Shown here in pieces: positions 63,121 through 64,000 of a stretch of 64,000 bases of DNA. The stretch spans positions 5,618 to 69,617 of the forward strand of contig DWVR01000051.1 of NCBI GenBank assembly GCA_019120125.1, read 5' to 3'. The translations under genes and the position numbers were made by a program. The number at the start of each line of letters is the position of its first letter. Position 1 is the first letter of the stretch. The notes under the pieces are model-generated. The model searched no databases. It was not told where the DNA came from and saw only the letters and a list, made by a program, of their open reading frames with translations. Source of the stretch: Candidatus Phocaeicola excrementigallinarum. Lineage in GTDB: Bacteria; Bacteroidota; Bacteroidia; Bacteroidales; Bacteroidaceae.

Positions 63121-64000
63121 CCGAGCTACCCGTATTGCTTCGCTGGTCCCACTTCAGGGCGTCGGTCAGCATACTTGAGTTGGCACGGATGGAAAAGTTG
63201 TATGAAGTGAACGGACCGAATACCAGACCACAGCTCATGTTGAAACAATGAAGGTCACGCGTGATGTTGAGAGTAGTCATCGACATCTCCTTCGAAGTGA
63301 AATCGTAACCCGTGGAATAAGTCATGTTCCAACGGCTGCCGATCTTGAAGTTGCCCGACACGTTCAACGAATGAGTCAGCGAATACGGATAACGCATCTT
63401 CTTGATGTTGATTTTCTTGGACCGGTCCTCCCTGATACTGTAACTATAACTCAGATTAATGCTCCATGGAAACTTGAATGCCAGATAACCGTCAGAGTCA
63501 AGTGTCGCCTGTTCGGTCTTCCGCATATTCGACTTGTTCTCCTCTCCGGCATATTCATCATCCTCCTCTTCGTCCTCATTCCCTCCGTCCTTATTCTTGT
63601 CATCCTTATCCTTCTCGTCCTTCTTGCCGAAGAGTTTCTTGAATGTATCGTTGTTCAAAGCATAAGAGAATGAGCCGCTATACCCTTGGAAACGGCCGAA
63701 ACGTCCGTACGACCATTCTGTACGGTCACCGACCACCACGTTCCCGTTCTCGTCAAACTCATAAGCGTATGTGGCAAACGAGGCGTTCATGTTGAACGTA
63801 TAACTTTTGGTAAGTTTCAGGCGAAGGTTCATACTCAGATCGCTCCATCGCTTGTTGGCCACATCATACGACAACGAGGCTCCCAACTGGTCAATCAGAC
63901 TGATTTTCTTATAACCGGTAGAGTCCTTGTCCGACTTCATCTTCATCTCAATGTTGTTGTCCACCGAGAAAGAGATATTCTGCGACATACCCTTACCCGG
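63107..64000 (-). CDS. C-terminal part of a large outer-membrane beta-barrel protein (possibly LptD-like); 5' end outside window
   Basis: The frame is open to the window edge. Beta-strand-rich sequence with an acidic insert (KDEKDKDDKNKDGGNEDEEEDDEY). The LptD assignment is a recollection of Bacteroides synteny only. The 3' end overlaps the convergent gene by 14 nt. Confidence 0.55.
   Translation of the reverse strand, partial: PGKGMSQNISFSVDNNIEMKMKSDKDSTGYKKISLIDQLGASLSYDVANKRWSDLSMNLRLKLTKSYTFNMNASFATYAYEFDENGNVVVGDRTEWSYGRFGRFQGYSGSFSYALNNDTFKKLFGKKDEKDKDDKNKDGGNEDEEEDDEYAGEENKSNMRKTEQATLDSDGYLAFKFPWSINLSYSYSIREDRSKKINIKKMRYPYSLTHSLNVSGNFKIGSRWNMTYSTGYDFTSKEMSMTTLNITRDLHCFNMSCGLVFGPFTSYNFSIRANSSMLTDALKWDQRSNTGSSVTWY

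Overview
The window looks like a Bacteroidales (Bacteroides/Phocaeicola-like) chromosomal segment. Supporting evidence is a SusC/SusD pair, a hybrid two-component sensor, lipoprotein signal peptides and TAnnTTTG-type promoter boxes. Most of it is housekeeping: prfC, rfbD, purL, ilvE, purT, a carboxynorspermidine-dehydrogenase-like/bcp/recA cluster, a pheA-aminotransferase-DAHP synthase/chorismate mutase-prephenate dehydrogenase operon, uvrA, and an AmgK-like/MurU-like pair. The one accessory block is a beta-glucan-type polysaccharide utilization locus on the minus strand (about 10.9-24.4 kb: HTCS, GH16, SusC, SusD, surface glycan-binding lipoprotein, GH3). I saw no rRNA, tRNA, CRISPR array, transposase, integrase, or recognisable multi-gene defence system. 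I cannot support a claim of a novel protein system here. The observations most worth a second look are listed below.

1. An unlisted 29-codon leader ORF with 11 consecutive Phe/Tyr codons, plus a terminator and candidate antiterminator, lies directly upstream of the aromatic amino-acid operon.
2. The PUL's HTCS sensor/regulator is split by a frameshift.
3. A family of strictly phased 22-bp arrays of 18-bp A4-N10-T4 units sits at both PUL borders and in a 0.9-kb gene-free region. Two of the three arrays are followed by a related GC-rich hairpin.
4. Two long perfect hairpins between convergent genes are related in sequence and differ by compensatory changes.
5. An AmgK-like kinase is fused to a RapZ C-terminal-like domain.

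All coordinates of small elements were counted by hand. Product calls rest on motif recognition, not database searches.
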